A stretch of DNA of 64,000 nt from Calditrichia bacterium (GTDB lineage Bacteria > Calditrichota > Calditrichia > RBG-13-44-9 > J075), in the NCBI GenBank assembly GCA_050633245.1, contig JBOEGD010000018.1, forward strand, positions 32,001 to 96,000, written 5' to 3'. Below the pieces are notes generated by a model, which was given only the letters and a program-made list of their open reading frames with translations, did not search any database and was not told the DNA's origin. Position 1 is the first letter of the stretch; each line of letters begins with the position of its first letter. A program made the position numbers and the translations under genes. Positions 1 to 10,561 of the stretch are shown here, piece after piece.

Positions 1-2
1 GA

Positions 3-1811
3 AATAATCCAGACTCGAAGCTCAGCCGTATTGATTTTGTGCGCGGCAGTCGTTCTCCGATAGCTATTGCCCGAGCCGAGCCAAGCTCCGGTCCATTACC
101 GCTTAATGTTCAGTTCTACGGTGAGGATTCTTTTGATCCGGACTTTGGAGAAACGCTGAGCTTTGCATGGAGTTTTTTGGGCGATAACACGATTAACAGC
201 ACCGATATGAATCCCACATTTACCTACACAGCTGCCGGTGTTTATATGGCTCGTCTTACAGTTACCGATCCCGATAGCAACGAAGCTGTTGTCAATATTC
301 CGATAACTGCCGGTAACTCCGAGCCCGAGGTGACAATCTCGGCACCGGCGGAAGGCGGCTTTTATCGCTGGGGGGATGCCGTCGAGTTTGCCTTATCCGT
401 AACGGATGTTGAGGATGGTAGCACAGCCAACGGGACAATTGATTGCGACTCTGTGGTTTTTCAAGCCCTGATTGGGCATAATGACCACGCTCATCCACTG
501 GATCAGTTCAACGCCTGTGATGGAAGTTTTGACGTCGTTGACGGGCACGGCGGCGATGCAGACAATCTGTTTTATGTTGTGGAAGGAAGCTATACTGATC
601 GCGGGGCTCCCGGAACCGGACAATTAACCGGCCGGGATATTCAACGTATAAATCCAATGCGCCTTGAAGCAGAATATTTTAGTCAAAACAATGGTGTGCA
701 GCTCGAAACAACCGGTGATATTTTGGGTGGCGGAGAGAATATCGGATTTATTGCTCATGGCGACTACATTACCTTCGAGAGCCTGGATTTACGCAATATA
801 GACTTTATGACATTCAGAGTTGCATCTGCCGGTGTTGGTGGGAGAATTGAAGTACGAACAAATGCCACGACTGGCCAGCTTTTGGGTACCGCCTATGTGG
901 AACCGACGGGGGACTGGCAGTTTTATCGCAGTGTGACCATCCCGATAACCGATCCCGGTGGAAGTAATGAGATTTTCTTCCTCTTTCTGAATCAGCCCGG
1001 AAACGATGGTCTGTTCAATGTCAATTGGATTGATTTTCACGGCACCGGTATCTCTGTGCCGGATCCACTGGACCCTGATGGATTATCAGCTTCGTATTTC
1101 GATACGCCGGATCTTGCCGGTGGTGCGCGAGTGCAACGTGTCGATCCCATGGTCAACTTCAACTGGGATCAGTATTCGCCTGCTCCCAGCATCGACAATA
1201 ATACATTCTCGGTGCGATGGAGTGGTTTCTTACGTGCTCCGGAAACCGGAAACTACCGCTTTTATACCCGTACTGACGACGGTGTACGCTTGTGGATTGA
1301 CGGTGATCTTAAAATTGATCAATGGCAGCCACAGGGCGCTACAGAGTATCAGACGAATAACATCCCGCTACAGCGCGGTAATTTTTATCATATCAAGATG
1401 GAATATTTTGATGACCAAGGCTTAGCACAGGCCGACTTGTCCTGGTTTGGACCATCCATTCCCAAACAGACTATCGGCCGCGAATATCTCTATCGCGAGG
1501 GACATCCGGTAGGCTTGGAAGCTGGCGATGATGGACAGATTATTCCTAAAGAACTGGTACTCTTTCAGGCGTATCCGAACCCATTTAACCCCAGCACGAC
1601 TCTTTCGTTCAGCTTGCCTCGCCGACTGGACGTCAAACTAAGAATCTTTGACGTCTTGGGACGTGAAGTGGCGTTAGTCCTAGAAGAATCTCTTCCTGCC
1701 GGAAGCCACGTGATGAAATTTGATGCTGCCGACCTTGCGACCGGTGCATATTTTTATCGTCTGGAAACGGCAGTTGGAGTGAAAGTGAAAAGAATGATGC
1801 TTCTAAAGTAA
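3..1811 (+). CDS. Secreted multidomain protein, 5'-truncated by window edge: PKD + CBM6-like + PA14 + C-terminal secretion/sorting tail (probably downstream part of a PQQ/GSDH-type sugar dehydrogenase)
   Basis: Frame is open from base 3 (NNPDSKLSRIDFV...). PKD motif FTYTAAGVYMARLTVTD; CBM6-like RLEAE...GGRIEVR...TGDWQ...NVNWIDF; PA14 FSVRWSG...TDDGVRLWIDG; tail AYPNPFNPSTT...GAYFYRL...MMLLK. Confidence 0.8.
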   Translation, partial: NNPDSKLSRIDFVRGSRSPIAIARAEPSSGPLPLNVQFYGEDSFDPDFGETLSFAWSFLGDNTINSTDMNPTFTYTAAGVYMARLTVTDPDSNEAVVNIPITAGNSEPEVTISAPAEGGFYRWGDAVEFALSVTDVEDGSTANGTIDCDSVVFQALIGHNDHAHPLDQFNACDGSFDVVDGHGGDADNLFYVVEGSYTDRGAPGTGQLTGRDIQRINPMRLEAEYFSQNNGVQLETTGDILGGGENIGFIAHGDYITFESLDLRNIDFMTFRVASAGVGGRIEVRTNATTGQLLGTAYVEPTGDWQFYRSVTIPITDPGGSNEIFFLFLNQPGNDGLFNVNWIDFHGTGISVPDPLDPDGLSASYFDTPDLAGGARVQRVDPMVNFNWDQYSPAPSIDNNTFSVRWSGFLRAPETGNYRFYTRTDDGVRLWIDGDLKIDQWQPQGATEYQTNNIPLQRGNFYHIKMEYFDDQGLAQADLSWFGPSIPKQTIGREYLYREGHPVGLEAGDDGQIIPKELVLFQAYPNPFNPSTTLSFSLPRRLDVKLRIFDVLGREVALVLEESLPAGSHVMKFDAADLATGAYFYRLETAVGVKVKRMMLLK

Positions 1812-1867
1812 GATTCTCTCCGCATGTTTTTGTGAAAGAAAAGAAACAATCGAATTATTCCACATAA

Positions 1868-1903
1868 CCTGGGTAAAGCAGGCGAAGGTCTGACTTACCC
1901 GGG
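1868..1903 (+). terminator. Imperfect GC-rich hairpin after first CDS
   Basis: CCTGGGTAAAGCAGGC..GTCTGACTTACCCGGG inverted repeat; weak U-tract. Confidence 0.35.
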
Positions 1904-2141
1904 CATTTCCCAACCGAACTTTGTTGTCTAATATCAGAATTTACATTTTATTAATACCTTGATGCCAATTGTTGCAGAAAACCTTATAAATTTTAGAAAT
2001 TTCCCTATGAAGCCGACTATAGTATGAATAAAATAGAGCCACACATACGGGATGCGGAAACTCCGTCTAATGGGTTTGACTGAAAGTGGATTGAACGATT
2101 CATCTCCTTATCCATAGAGAGAGAAGTAGGAAAGTGAATAG

Positions 2142-3995
2142 ATGCTAAAAAAAGATTTAAATAGATTAGATGTGTTTTGCCTGGCATCCGGAGCGATGAT
2201 TAGCTCGGGACTTTTCGTATTGCCGGGCATTGCATTTGAAGTGGCCGGACCGGCCATGATTCTCGCTTATGCTCTTGCGAGTATTTTTATTATCCCTGCC
2301 ATGCTGTCTCAGGCTGAACTCGTAACGGCCATGCCGAAAGCAGGGGGTAGCTATTTTTTCATAGAACGCAGTCTTGGACCGTTGATGGGAACCTATGCCG
2401 GTTTCCTTAACTGGTTGTCCATTGCTCTGAAAGCCGGGTTTGCTCTAATTGGGGTTGGAGCCGTCGGCGCCCAGTTTTTGCCGGTGGCACCCGAGCTGGG
2501 TGTTAAGATCATTGCCATTGTAGGATGCGTCATATTTACAATTGCAAATCTGGTGTCGGTGAAAAGCGTTGGGAGCTTGCAGACAGTATTGGTGTTTATC
2601 CTGCTGGGTATCCTTGTGCTGCATATCGGGGTTGGGGTTAATGCAGTTGACACCGGTATGTATTCGCATTTTGTGACCACCGATATCGAAACGCTATTTG
2701 CTGTTGCCGGAATGATATTTGTTTCTTTTGGCGGTCTTACCAAGGTTGCGAGCGTTGGAGAAGAGGTTACGGACCCGGGCCGTAATCTACCGCAGGGTAT
2801 GTTTCTCGCATTTGGTGTGGTTAGCGTGCTCTATGTGCTGGTGATTTTGGTTACCGTTGGCACTGTCCCCGCCGAAAAACTTTCAGGTTCGCTCGTTCCG
2901 ATTGCACTCAGTGCCGAGCAGATCTTTGGCCGTTGGGGAATTATTGCCGTTGAGACTGCTTCACTACTGGCATTTATTACCACTGCAAATGCGGGAATTC
3001 TTTCCGCCTCCAGATCTCCTTTGGCAATGAGTCGCGATGGATTGGTGCCCGAAGCACTTTCCCACACCAGTAAACGATTTCGCACACCACATACCGCGAT
3101 TATTCTTACCTCTATCTTTATCATACTAGTCGTCGCGATATTGTCGATTGAGAATCTAATCAAAACGGCTTCAACCATGATGATTCTGATGTTCATTCTG
3201 GTAAATGTTGCCGTGCTCGTTATGCGAAGCAGTAAGCTGCAAAGCTATCAGCCGGTGTATCGTGCGCCGTTCTATCCGTGGCTTCAGATCATTTCCATCG
3301 TGCTATATGTCTTCCTGATATTTGAAATGGGAACGATTCCCTTGCTGATCACGGGTGGATTTGGAGTACTCGCAGGTGCCTGGTACATCTTTTATGTGTG
3401 GCGTAAGATTGACCGAGAATCTGCATTTATCTATTTGGTAAAATCGATAACCTCAAAGGAAATTGTTCGCACCGACCTTGAAGATGAACTGCGACAGATT
3501 TCGCTTGAGCGTAGTGGAGCAGAGCTGGATCGCTTCGATCACCTATTACATGAATGTGTAATACTCGATTTTGATGAAGCAATGACGGCACAAGAACTCT
3601 TTCATCGGATGGCCGCAGAGCTTTCCACACATATGGATTTGGATGAGGAGACGCTCTACAACTCTTTTATCGATCGGGAAAAAGAGTCCAGCACCGTTAT
3701 TTCCCCAGGATTGGCTATTCCACACGTGATTGTAGAAGGGGAGGGCATATTCGATATTTTGCCGGTCCGCTGTAAAGGTGGTGTGACTTTCTCGGAGCTT
3801 CATCAACCCGTTCAAACCGTTATTGCTCTTGTCGGGTCCGAGGATGAGCGTAATTATCATTTGCGTGCACTGATGAGCATTGCTCACTTGGTTCAAAACC
3901 CCGAGTTTAAGACCAACTGGATGAAAGCTCGCAACATCGAGCAACTTCGCGATGTCGCCTTGCTGTCACGTCCGCGGGTAAATGGAGAAGAATAA
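2142..3995 (+). CDS. APC-family amino acid permease with C-terminal PTS EIIA-like domain
   Basis: About 12 hydrophobic segments with GAMISSGLFVLPG, AELVTAMPKAGG, EEVTDPGRNLP and SRSPLAMSRDG; C-terminal DREKESSTVISPGLAIPH EIIA motif and HLRALMSIA. Confidence 0.88.
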   Translation: MLKKDLNRLDVFCLASGAMISSGLFVLPGIAFEVAGPAMILAYALASIFIIPAMLSQAELVTAMPKAGGSYFFIERSLGPLMGTYAGFLNWLSIALKAGFALIGVGAVGAQFLPVAPELGVKIIAIVGCVIFTIANLVSVKSVGSLQTVLVFILLGILVLHIGVGVNAVDTGMYSHFVTTDIETLFAVAGMIFVSFGGLTKVASVGEEVTDPGRNLPQGMFLAFGVVSVLYVLVILVTVGTVPAEKLSGSLVPIALSAEQIFGRWGIIAVETASLLAFITTANAGILSASRSPLAMSRDGLVPEALSHTSKRFRTPHTAIILTSIFIILVVAILSIENLIKTASTMMILMFILVNVAVLVMRSSKLQSYQPVYRAPFYPWLQIISIVLYVFLIFEMGTIPLLITGGFGVLAGAWYIFYVWRKIDRESAFIYLVKSITSKEIVRTDLEDELRQISLERSGAELDRFDHLLHECVILDFDEAMTAQELFHRMAAELSTHMDLDEETLYNSFIDREKESSTVISPGLAIPHVIVEGEGIFDILPVRCKGGVTFSELHQPVQTVIALVGSEDERNYHLRALMSIAHLVQNPEFKTNWMKARNIEQLRDVALLSRPRVNGEE

Positions 3996-4322
3996 GACAA
4001 TTGTTCAATGGCTGCTTCGATACGGTCGCGGCAGCCGTTGGTAACGATGTGTGGCAATTTTTGACTCTCGAACTACCCAATCCTCTAAATAAGAGTTGTG
4101 AATTATTTAACTTGTTCAACGCGCGAAAATTCGTTGACATGTGTATAAACAGTGGCTTTATTAAATTACCTCCAACTAAATACGTCTCGCGCTTATTTGT
4201 TCTTTCTGCGCTCTTGACTTCCTTTTGATGCTCGAAAACAATGCATGAATTTCATCTGCAACGGTGCAAATGGTGTGGCGTTGTATGTGTTCACCTAACA
4301 TAAATCCAGAATGGAGCATGTT

Positions 4323-4979
4323 ATGAAAGTTATGTTTTCCGGTAACGAGAATCATTTTATCACGAAAGCCGGCTTCGATGGGCTTGTTAACAGGTATCAA
4401 GCGCTTCCAGCGAAGACCTCTAAGGGGCTCGGTGGCTACATTAGCAAGGAAGCTCTGAAATGCCTGCTTGCTCATCCTGATGCAATCGGACTGCGTTATT
4501 ATTACGGTCTGACTGAGACGCAAACACCCGGATTGCTATGGGTTGCCAGTTCGATAAAGGGAACAGATCTCATTGAATAAAATTTTATTAAGCTCTCTGG
4601 TTTCAGCCCAAAATCCCCTCAAAACATGTCAAGTTTTGTCAACAAAGACTACGCTGTTTCTATAGATGATGCCGTTGCGTTGACTGCACGTTATCAACAG
4701 CAGGCTGATGAGAACTCCGTAAAAGCGGGGTTCTTTGGCCGCGATGCACTGCACAAACTTTTGGATCAGTATAGTTGCATTGGCATCAATTTTTACTATG
4801 GTATGAGTGCCGATGAAGCCAGAGTGCTTTTACTGGTTGGTGTAGATGAAAAGCATGAAGAACTTCAACGCGGTATTTTGCTGGAGTATTCGGTGCCCTG
4901 TCCGCCCTGGTGTGCAGCAGAGTCTGTACTTGCCGGAACGATCTCCGCAATTAGCACGCAGCGGTTGGATTCAAAGTAA
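4323..4979 (+). pseudogene. Tandem two-domain small protein (IG[LI]xxYYG repeats, C-terminal PCPPxC) split by one in-frame TAA; alternatively two paralogous small CDSs (4323-4580, 4626-4979)
   Basis: The two ORFs are paralogous (ISKEALKCLL..DAIGLRYYYG vs FGRDALHKLL..CIGINFYYG), lie in the same frame and are separated only by TAA 4578-4580 plus 15 sense codons. GGAG precedes 4323; no SD precedes 4626. Confidence 0.55.
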
Positions 4980-4996
4980 ATTCTGAAAAATTCATG

Positions 4997-5033
4997 GATC
5001 TCATAGCACATTATTGCTGTGAGATCTTTTTTT
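4997..5033 (+). terminator. Rho-independent terminator
   Basis: GATCTCATAGCA-CATTAT-TGCTGTGAGATC followed by TTTTTTT. Confidence 0.8.
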
Positions 5034-5163
5034 CCTCAACCAGTAAAACCTGTATTATGGGTTTGAGATGCCTCCTGCTCTGATTATTTTAATAGATACC
5101 ATCCGGAGCAACAACTAATCCTCCTGCCGGATAGGGAAATCGCTATTCGAATGGATTCGCAAC

Positions 5164-8100
5164 ATGACGCCTGTGCGGCTTTTTACAATATATGATAATC
5201 TGGACCCACTCCAGCAGTCGATTGTTCAAATTTGTTCTATTGCCTATCGAGGGCAATCTAAAGAAGATTTGTTGAAGTGCCTTGATAAAGCCAATATCTG
5301 CAAGCCTGCCGGTTTGGCATACGAATATGAAGACCTCAAGCCAATCCTGGAAAAATTGGTCGAACAGGATATCCTTTCCATTACCAGGCAGATCAGCTGT
5401 AATCCGCAACTCATTGAATATGTAATGAGGAAGATCTATCTGCGTCCGCCGTTTAAGAAGCTGTTATCTGTGGTTAGGGATGTTCATCCACTCGAACGAA
5501 ATGGGTTCAGCTATAGCTTTGGCGGCTTAAATTTATTGGATGAAAACGTTCCACGCGAAATCCGACTGGCCATTTACGAGGGAGACGGTGATCGCTATAA
5601 TCGACTTGTCGGCTATGCTGAAAGTCGACAACTACACAATTTGCCAACGTTCTTTTTGCAAATGGTTTGCGCGAATCCATTCGAGCCTGAATGGTTCGCC
5701 AGGTTGTATAAGCCCTTCCGTGAAGCAGCAATGACCGAGATCGTGCATAATGCGATTCTGATGTTAGAACCCTGTCATGCCTACCTGACTTATCTGAAGA
5801 GTCTCGATTCAAGCGATTTATCGTCGACTATGGCAGAAAACCTTGCCCTCATTCTTTTGATACGTGGACAAACAAGTGCTGCCACAGAATTGCTGGAAAC
5901 CTCGGTGGAATCCGGAAGTGCAGACGTGAGTTTCGCTCTTATTCAACTCTTAAGCGGTAACGTGGATAGGTCGCTTCCTCTTTTTCGAAGCGCGTTGAAA
6001 TATCATCGAAAGTTGAGCCTTAACCGAAAGGACTTTTTGAGACATCCCGGAGGAGTCTTTTATTGGCTGGCGCTTTTGGCTGAGAACTCCCCAAGAGACC
6101 TTGATGAGCTCGAGAAGGTCGTTGCGGTAGATTATTCAAATCTTTCATCTACTGCGCTTGGCTGTTTGAAGGTTATGCAGATGGCAATGGTTTGCCTGCG
6201 AAGTTCCTCATCGGGAATGCCGAGCCGGTTATTGCTATCCGAAAATGGAGATGAAAAAGATAGCATCGTTGTCCTTTTCAAAAGTCTGATTATGCTGTGG
6301 TATTTTCAGGAAGAGCTGACTCAGCAGCATGGATTATTATACAACTATTTTTTGCAGGCTCGTCAATCGGGGCATCGTTGGCTGGAAATGGAGTTTGCAG
6401 CAATCCTGAAAGAGTCTGGTTATCGCGCTGCGAAAGTTGATGAGTCTGTTGAGAATCTTCCGGCACGATTAAAATTTACACCATTGGCTCATTTGCGCCA
6501 GCCTTTGTCGGCTTGGGAACGTTGCTTGAATGCTCTGGAGACACTTCCTGAAGACAGCTTTTCCAGCCTGAATTCGTTCTCAACTGAACGTTTGGTTTAT
6601 CTCGTTTCTACAGAATCGGATGGCAGTCTGCATTTTAGTCCGTATTTGCAGAAACGCAGTGCAAAAAAGGGATGGTCCAAAGGACGCGCCGTTGGCCTTG
6701 GACGTTTGTTACATGCAGATTTGGCCTGCATGAGCGCGCAAGATCATGAAATCGCTAAGACAATACTTCGAGAGCCTGGTTATTATGGAAATGAGAAGCT
6801 CTCCTTCGATACGTGGCAGGCTGCACTGGCCGCTGCTGGGCACCCACTGCTATTCTTAGCGGATTCTCCCGGTCATCCGGTTCAAATTATTCGTGATGTA
6901 CCAACAGTGGTTGTAGCCGGTAACTCAACTGGATTTTCAATTTCAATATCGGTTGCTCCACAAAAATCTGGAATAACAATTGTTGAAGAGGCAATGGATC
7001 GCTTTCGGATATTTGAGTTTACTCCGCAGCATCTTCGGGTAGCAGAAGTGCTGGGAAGTGAAGAAATGCTGATCCCGGCTGAGGGTGAGGAACAGCTTAG
7101 GCAAATGCTTGGAAAACTCTCCGGATTAATAACGATTTATTCCACGCTTGAAGGGGAGCACAATTCTGTTGTTGCTGTGGATGCCAAAGATGAGCTACAT
7201 GGTCATCTAATTCCTGTCGGTGATGGTTTTAAGCTGGAAATGTTGGTAAAGCCGGTAGGGCAGGACGGACCCTATTTAAAACCCGGAAAAGGCAGTCTCA
7301 ATATTCTGGCTACCATAAACGGTCAACGTTTGCAGGCGCGTCGCGATTTGGCTGCGGAAGAGCTGCGCATTGAAAAAGTTTTGGAGGCCTGCCCAGGCCT
7401 GCAGCTACTCGATACCGGAACAAATATCTGGGTTTTAGACGACCTGGAACATTGTTTAACGACGCTTCTTGAACTTCAGAAAATACCTGACCTTATCACG
7501 CTTGAATGGCCGGAAGGCCAGACGATGAAAATTCAATCTCGTCTCGATCTTAACAATGTCTCTATACGCATCGAACAGCAGCAAGATTGGTTCGGTCTTA
7601 GCGGTCGGGTAGAACTTGATGACAAAACCGTTATGCAAATGCATGAGCTATTAACTTTGCTTGACGACAGTCCATCTGGATTTGTGAAAATTCGAGCAGG
7701 TGAGTTTCTTGCTCTTACCGATTCATTGCAGCGTCGTTTAGAAGACTTGAAGGCTTTTTCACAAAAGAAAGCGAAGACGCTTGAAATCCATCCCACCGCT
7801 GCCTACGCACTGGAAGAGTTTTTACAGAGCTTTGGCAGTGCGCAGGTAGATGGCAGTTGGAAAGAGCATATTGCAAGATTAGAATCCGCAGAGGATATGG
7901 ATTTTGAGATTCCCTCCACGCTGCAAACGGAGCTGCGTGACTATCAAGTTCATGGCTTCAAATGGTTAGCACGTTTGTCTTACCTGAAATTTGGTGCCTG
8001 TTTAGCAGATGACATGGGATTGGGCAAAACTATTCAGGCTCTGGCGGTGTTGTTAATGCGAGCGAAAGAAGGGCCCGCCCTGGTTGTCGCCCCGGCGTCG

Positions 8101-9300
8101 GTTACCTTTAACTGGGCTAATGAAATACATCGCTTCGCACCTACTTTGAACGTGCGGCAGTTTACCCAAAACGCTCGTGATGAGTTAGTTGATGAGCTGG
8201 AACCATTCGATATACTTATATGTAGCTATGGGCTGTTGCAGAGTGAAGTTGATCTGCTCTGCAGTGTAGAGTGGGGGACCGTAGTTTTAGATGAGGCTCA
8301 GGCTATAAAAAATGTTGCGACCAAGCGAAGTAAAGCGGCCATGAAGTTGCGCGGCGGATTCAAGTTGATTACCACCGGCACGCCGATGGAGAATCATCTT
8401 GGTGAGCTTTGGACACTCTTTAACTTTATAAACCCGGGCTTGTTGGGATCGCTGAAATCGTTTAATACCACCTACGCCATGCGGATTACCAAGTTTGATG
8501 ACAGGAAAGCTCGAAATCGCTTAAAGCGTTTGCTTCAGCCGTTTATTCTTCGTCGCTTAAAAAGCGACGTACTTGATGAGTTACCGCCGAAAACAGAGAT
8601 TAATCTGAACGTTGATCTCTCACGGGAAGAGGCTGCCTTTTACGAAGCGCTGCGCCAGAAAGCGGTGCATAATCTATCTGTCCTTGACGCTGCTACCTCA
8701 GATGGCCGCTTTCAGGTGTTCGCTGAGTTGATGCGTTTACGTCGTGCCTGCTGCCATACAAGTCTCGTTGTTCCCGGTAGCGACATTAAAAGCACGAAGC
8801 TTACGCTTTTTCTGGAGTTGGTCTATGAACTGATCGAAGGGCGACACAAGGTGTTGGTGTTCAGTCAGTTTGTCGATCACCTGACAATTATTTCAGACGC
8901 TTTACGAGAGCATGACATCTCATTTCAATACTTGGACGGTTCGACTCCGATTCCGCAGCGTAAAAAACGTGTGGAAGCCTTTCAGGCAGGCGAGGGAGAC
9001 GTCTTCTTAATCAGCCTGCGTGCTGGCGGTATGGGGCTTAATCTGACAGCTGCAGACTACGTCATCCACATGGATCCCTGGTGGAACCCTGCGGTAGAAG
9101 ATCAGGCCTCAGATCGTGCGCATCGCATTGGTCAAGAGCGTCCGGTAACCGTTTATCGTTTTATTACTACCAACACCATTGAAGAAAAAATCATCGACCT
9201 GCATTCCCGCAAACGCGACCTCGCCGATGCCCTGCTCGAAGGCACCGATACGCCGAGTAGTATCTCGGTCGATGAGCTGGTGCAGCTGGTTAGAGAGTAG
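5164..9300 (+). CDS. SNF2-family (SF2) helicase/ATPase with long N-terminal helical region
   Basis: LRDYQ, LADDMGLGKT, DEAQ, TGTPMEN, FSQF, LISLRAGGMGLNLTAAD, DPWWNPAVEDQASDRAHRIGQ. Confidence 0.93.
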   Translation: MTPVRLFTIYDNLDPLQQSIVQICSIAYRGQSKEDLLKCLDKANICKPAGLAYEYEDLKPILEKLVEQDILSITRQISCNPQLIEYVMRKIYLRPPFKKLLSVVRDVHPLERNGFSYSFGGLNLLDENVPREIRLAIYEGDGDRYNRLVGYAESRQLHNLPTFFLQMVCANPFEPEWFARLYKPFREAAMTEIVHNAILMLEPCHAYLTYLKSLDSSDLSSTMAENLALILLIRGQTSAATELLETSVESGSADVSFALIQLLSGNVDRSLPLFRSALKYHRKLSLNRKDFLRHPGGVFYWLALLAENSPRDLDELEKVVAVDYSNLSSTALGCLKVMQMAMVCLRSSSSGMPSRLLLSENGDEKDSIVVLFKSLIMLWYFQEELTQQHGLLYNYFLQARQSGHRWLEMEFAAILKESGYRAAKVDESVENLPARLKFTPLAHLRQPLSAWERCLNALETLPEDSFSSLNSFSTERLVYLVSTESDGSLHFSPYLQKRSAKKGWSKGRAVGLGRLLHADLACMSAQDHEIAKTILREPGYYGNEKLSFDTWQAALAAAGHPLLFLADSPGHPVQIIRDVPTVVVAGNSTGFSISISVAPQKSGITIVEEAMDRFRIFEFTPQHLRVAEVLGSEEMLIPAEGEEQLRQMLGKLSGLITIYSTLEGEHNSVVAVDAKDELHGHLIPVGDGFKLEMLVKPVGQDGPYLKPGKGSLNILATINGQRLQARRDLAAEELRIEKVLEACPGLQLLDTGTNIWVLDDLEHCLTTLLELQKIPDLITLEWPEGQTMKIQSRLDLNNVSIRIEQQQDWFGLSGRVELDDKTVMQMHELLTLLDDSPSGFVKIRAGEFLALTDSLQRRLEDLKAFSQKKAKTLEIHPTAAYALEEFLQSFGSAQVDGSWKEHIARLESAEDMDFEIPSTLQTELRDYQVHGFKWLARLSYLKFGACLADDMGLGKTIQALAVLLMRAKEGPALVVAPASVTFNWANEIHRFAPTLNVRQFTQNARDELVDELEPFDILICSYGLLQSEVDLLCSVEWGTVVLDEAQAIKNVATKRSKAAMKLRGGFKLITTGTPMENHLGELWTLFNFINPGLLGSLKSFNTTYAMRITKFDDRKARNRLKRLLQPFILRRLKSDVLDELPPKTEINLNVDLSREEAAFYEALRQKAVHNLSVLDAATSDGRFQVFAELMRLRRACCHTSLVVPGSDIKSTKLTLFLELVYELIEGRHKVLVFSQFVDHLTIISDALREHDISFQYLDGSTPIPQRKKRVEAFQAGEGDVFLISLRAGGMGLNLTAADYVIHMDPWWNPAVEDQASDRAHRIGQERPVTVYRFITTNTIEEKIIDLHSRKRDLADALLEGTDTPSSISVDELVQLVRE

Positions 9301-9483
9301 GGAGTTTTATTTCTACTTGCTTTCTTTCGCTTCAAAAGGTAGTCTTTATTACTCCCTAATTAGTTTTTTAGTAACACTTATTGATTGTTGATGATAGCCA
9401 GGCATTTTATTTTACCTCTGGAATCATCCGCAATACATATTCTCCTCGCAATGCTTATATATCGAGTGAATGGGAAACTTTCG

Positions 9484-10284
9484 ATGAAAGATTTTAAGGA
9501 TAGTAATAGTAAAAAATTGCCACAAAGAGAGGATGGCTCTGGTAATGATAGTTCTATCAGTGCCGGTGATGTGCAAAAGTCTTTGTTGGTGTCAGGTAAT
9601 AACAATTCTATTTCTATAAATGAAACGAGTGAGCATAACTTTCCTGATTTAGAACCAGAAAAAAACGCCAAGCTAATATTGGTTCGTTTTCTTGCTGTCA
9701 TCGCGGTATTGTGTGTACCACTAATTACTTATCTGCTTAGTGAGAATGAAGGAACGCTTGAAATATTAACAAACCAGAATAGTGTGGATGTTTTTCTCAA
9801 TGAATCTCATAAAGGAATTGCCAGTCCTGGAAAAAGGCTGGTACTAGAAAATCTAAAGTCCGGGAGCTGGTCACTACGTGCTGAAAAAGAAGGCTATATG
9901 TCGTATATTGAAGAGGTAATAATTTCTTCGGGTCAATTAACGACTAAAACTGCTCATCTCGATAAGCGTCCCCAAGTCTCTTCTGAAAAAGTAGATTCAA
10001 CGCAATCAGTAGCTGGCTCAGGCTATAAGCAACCTCAACCCAAAGTTATTCCACAGCGCCTTAAGGCTATAACTGTTGGATTTCTGGTCTCCAATCCAAT
10101 GAGAGATGGTCGTGTTTTTATCGATGGGAAACTAGCCTCTGTTCCACAAAATACAATTTTAAAAGAGTTGAAGCTTGTTGATACTAAACCGCACCGGATT
10201 GTGGTGAAGACCGTTACTGATAGCTGTGTTGCCGAAGGACCATTTGAAGATGGTAGCACGATCTCCATGTATTGTACGAAATAA
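9484..10284 (+). CDS. Membrane-anchored PEGA-domain protein (start at 9484 preferred over 9385)
   Basis: One TM (ILVRFLAVIAVLCVPLITYLL) then GTLEILTN..VDVFLN...LKSGSWSLRAEKEGY PEGA-like motif; second PEGA-like segment SNPMRDGRVFIDGK. Confidence 0.6.
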   Translation: MKDFKDSNSKKLPQREDGSGNDSSISAGDVQKSLLVSGNNNSISINETSEHNFPDLEPEKNAKLILVRFLAVIAVLCVPLITYLLSENEGTLEILTNQNSVDVFLNESHKGIASPGKRLVLENLKSGSWSLRAEKEGYMSYIEEVIISSGQLTTKTAHLDKRPQVSSEKVDSTQSVAGSGYKQPQPKVIPQRLKAITVGFLVSNPMRDGRVFIDGKLASVPQNTILKELKLVDTKPHRIVVKTVTDSCVAEGPFEDGSTISMYCTK

Positions 10285-10561
10285 ACAATACAAAGATGAA
10301 AATCGATCTATTAGGTTTGGGTGGCTTCTCTACCTCATTAGATACATCCAACCCATTCCCTTTTCGCCTTTTGCAAGGCACATTTCCCACTTGATAAAAA
10401 TCTAAAACTTCCATTTCTTGCGAAAACTACCCATTGTCTGCATCTGATATAGCGAAGGCAGACCTTTTAGGCAGATTGAACAAGTTTTCTCTGCCAGCTG
10501 GAACCTCTTCACTGGACTTTACCCACTTAAAGATACAAAAACTATTACGACGAGAAATTCT

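Noticed and set aside
2030-2130. Riboswitch upstream of the APC permease
   Set aside because: Only a short hairpin is present; I could not match conserved motifs of c-di-AMP, c-di-GMP, glycine or lysine riboswitches. An Rfam scan would settle it.
4001-4228. 75-aa ORF after the permease
   Set aside because: TTG start, no SD, no motif; more likely promoter DNA.
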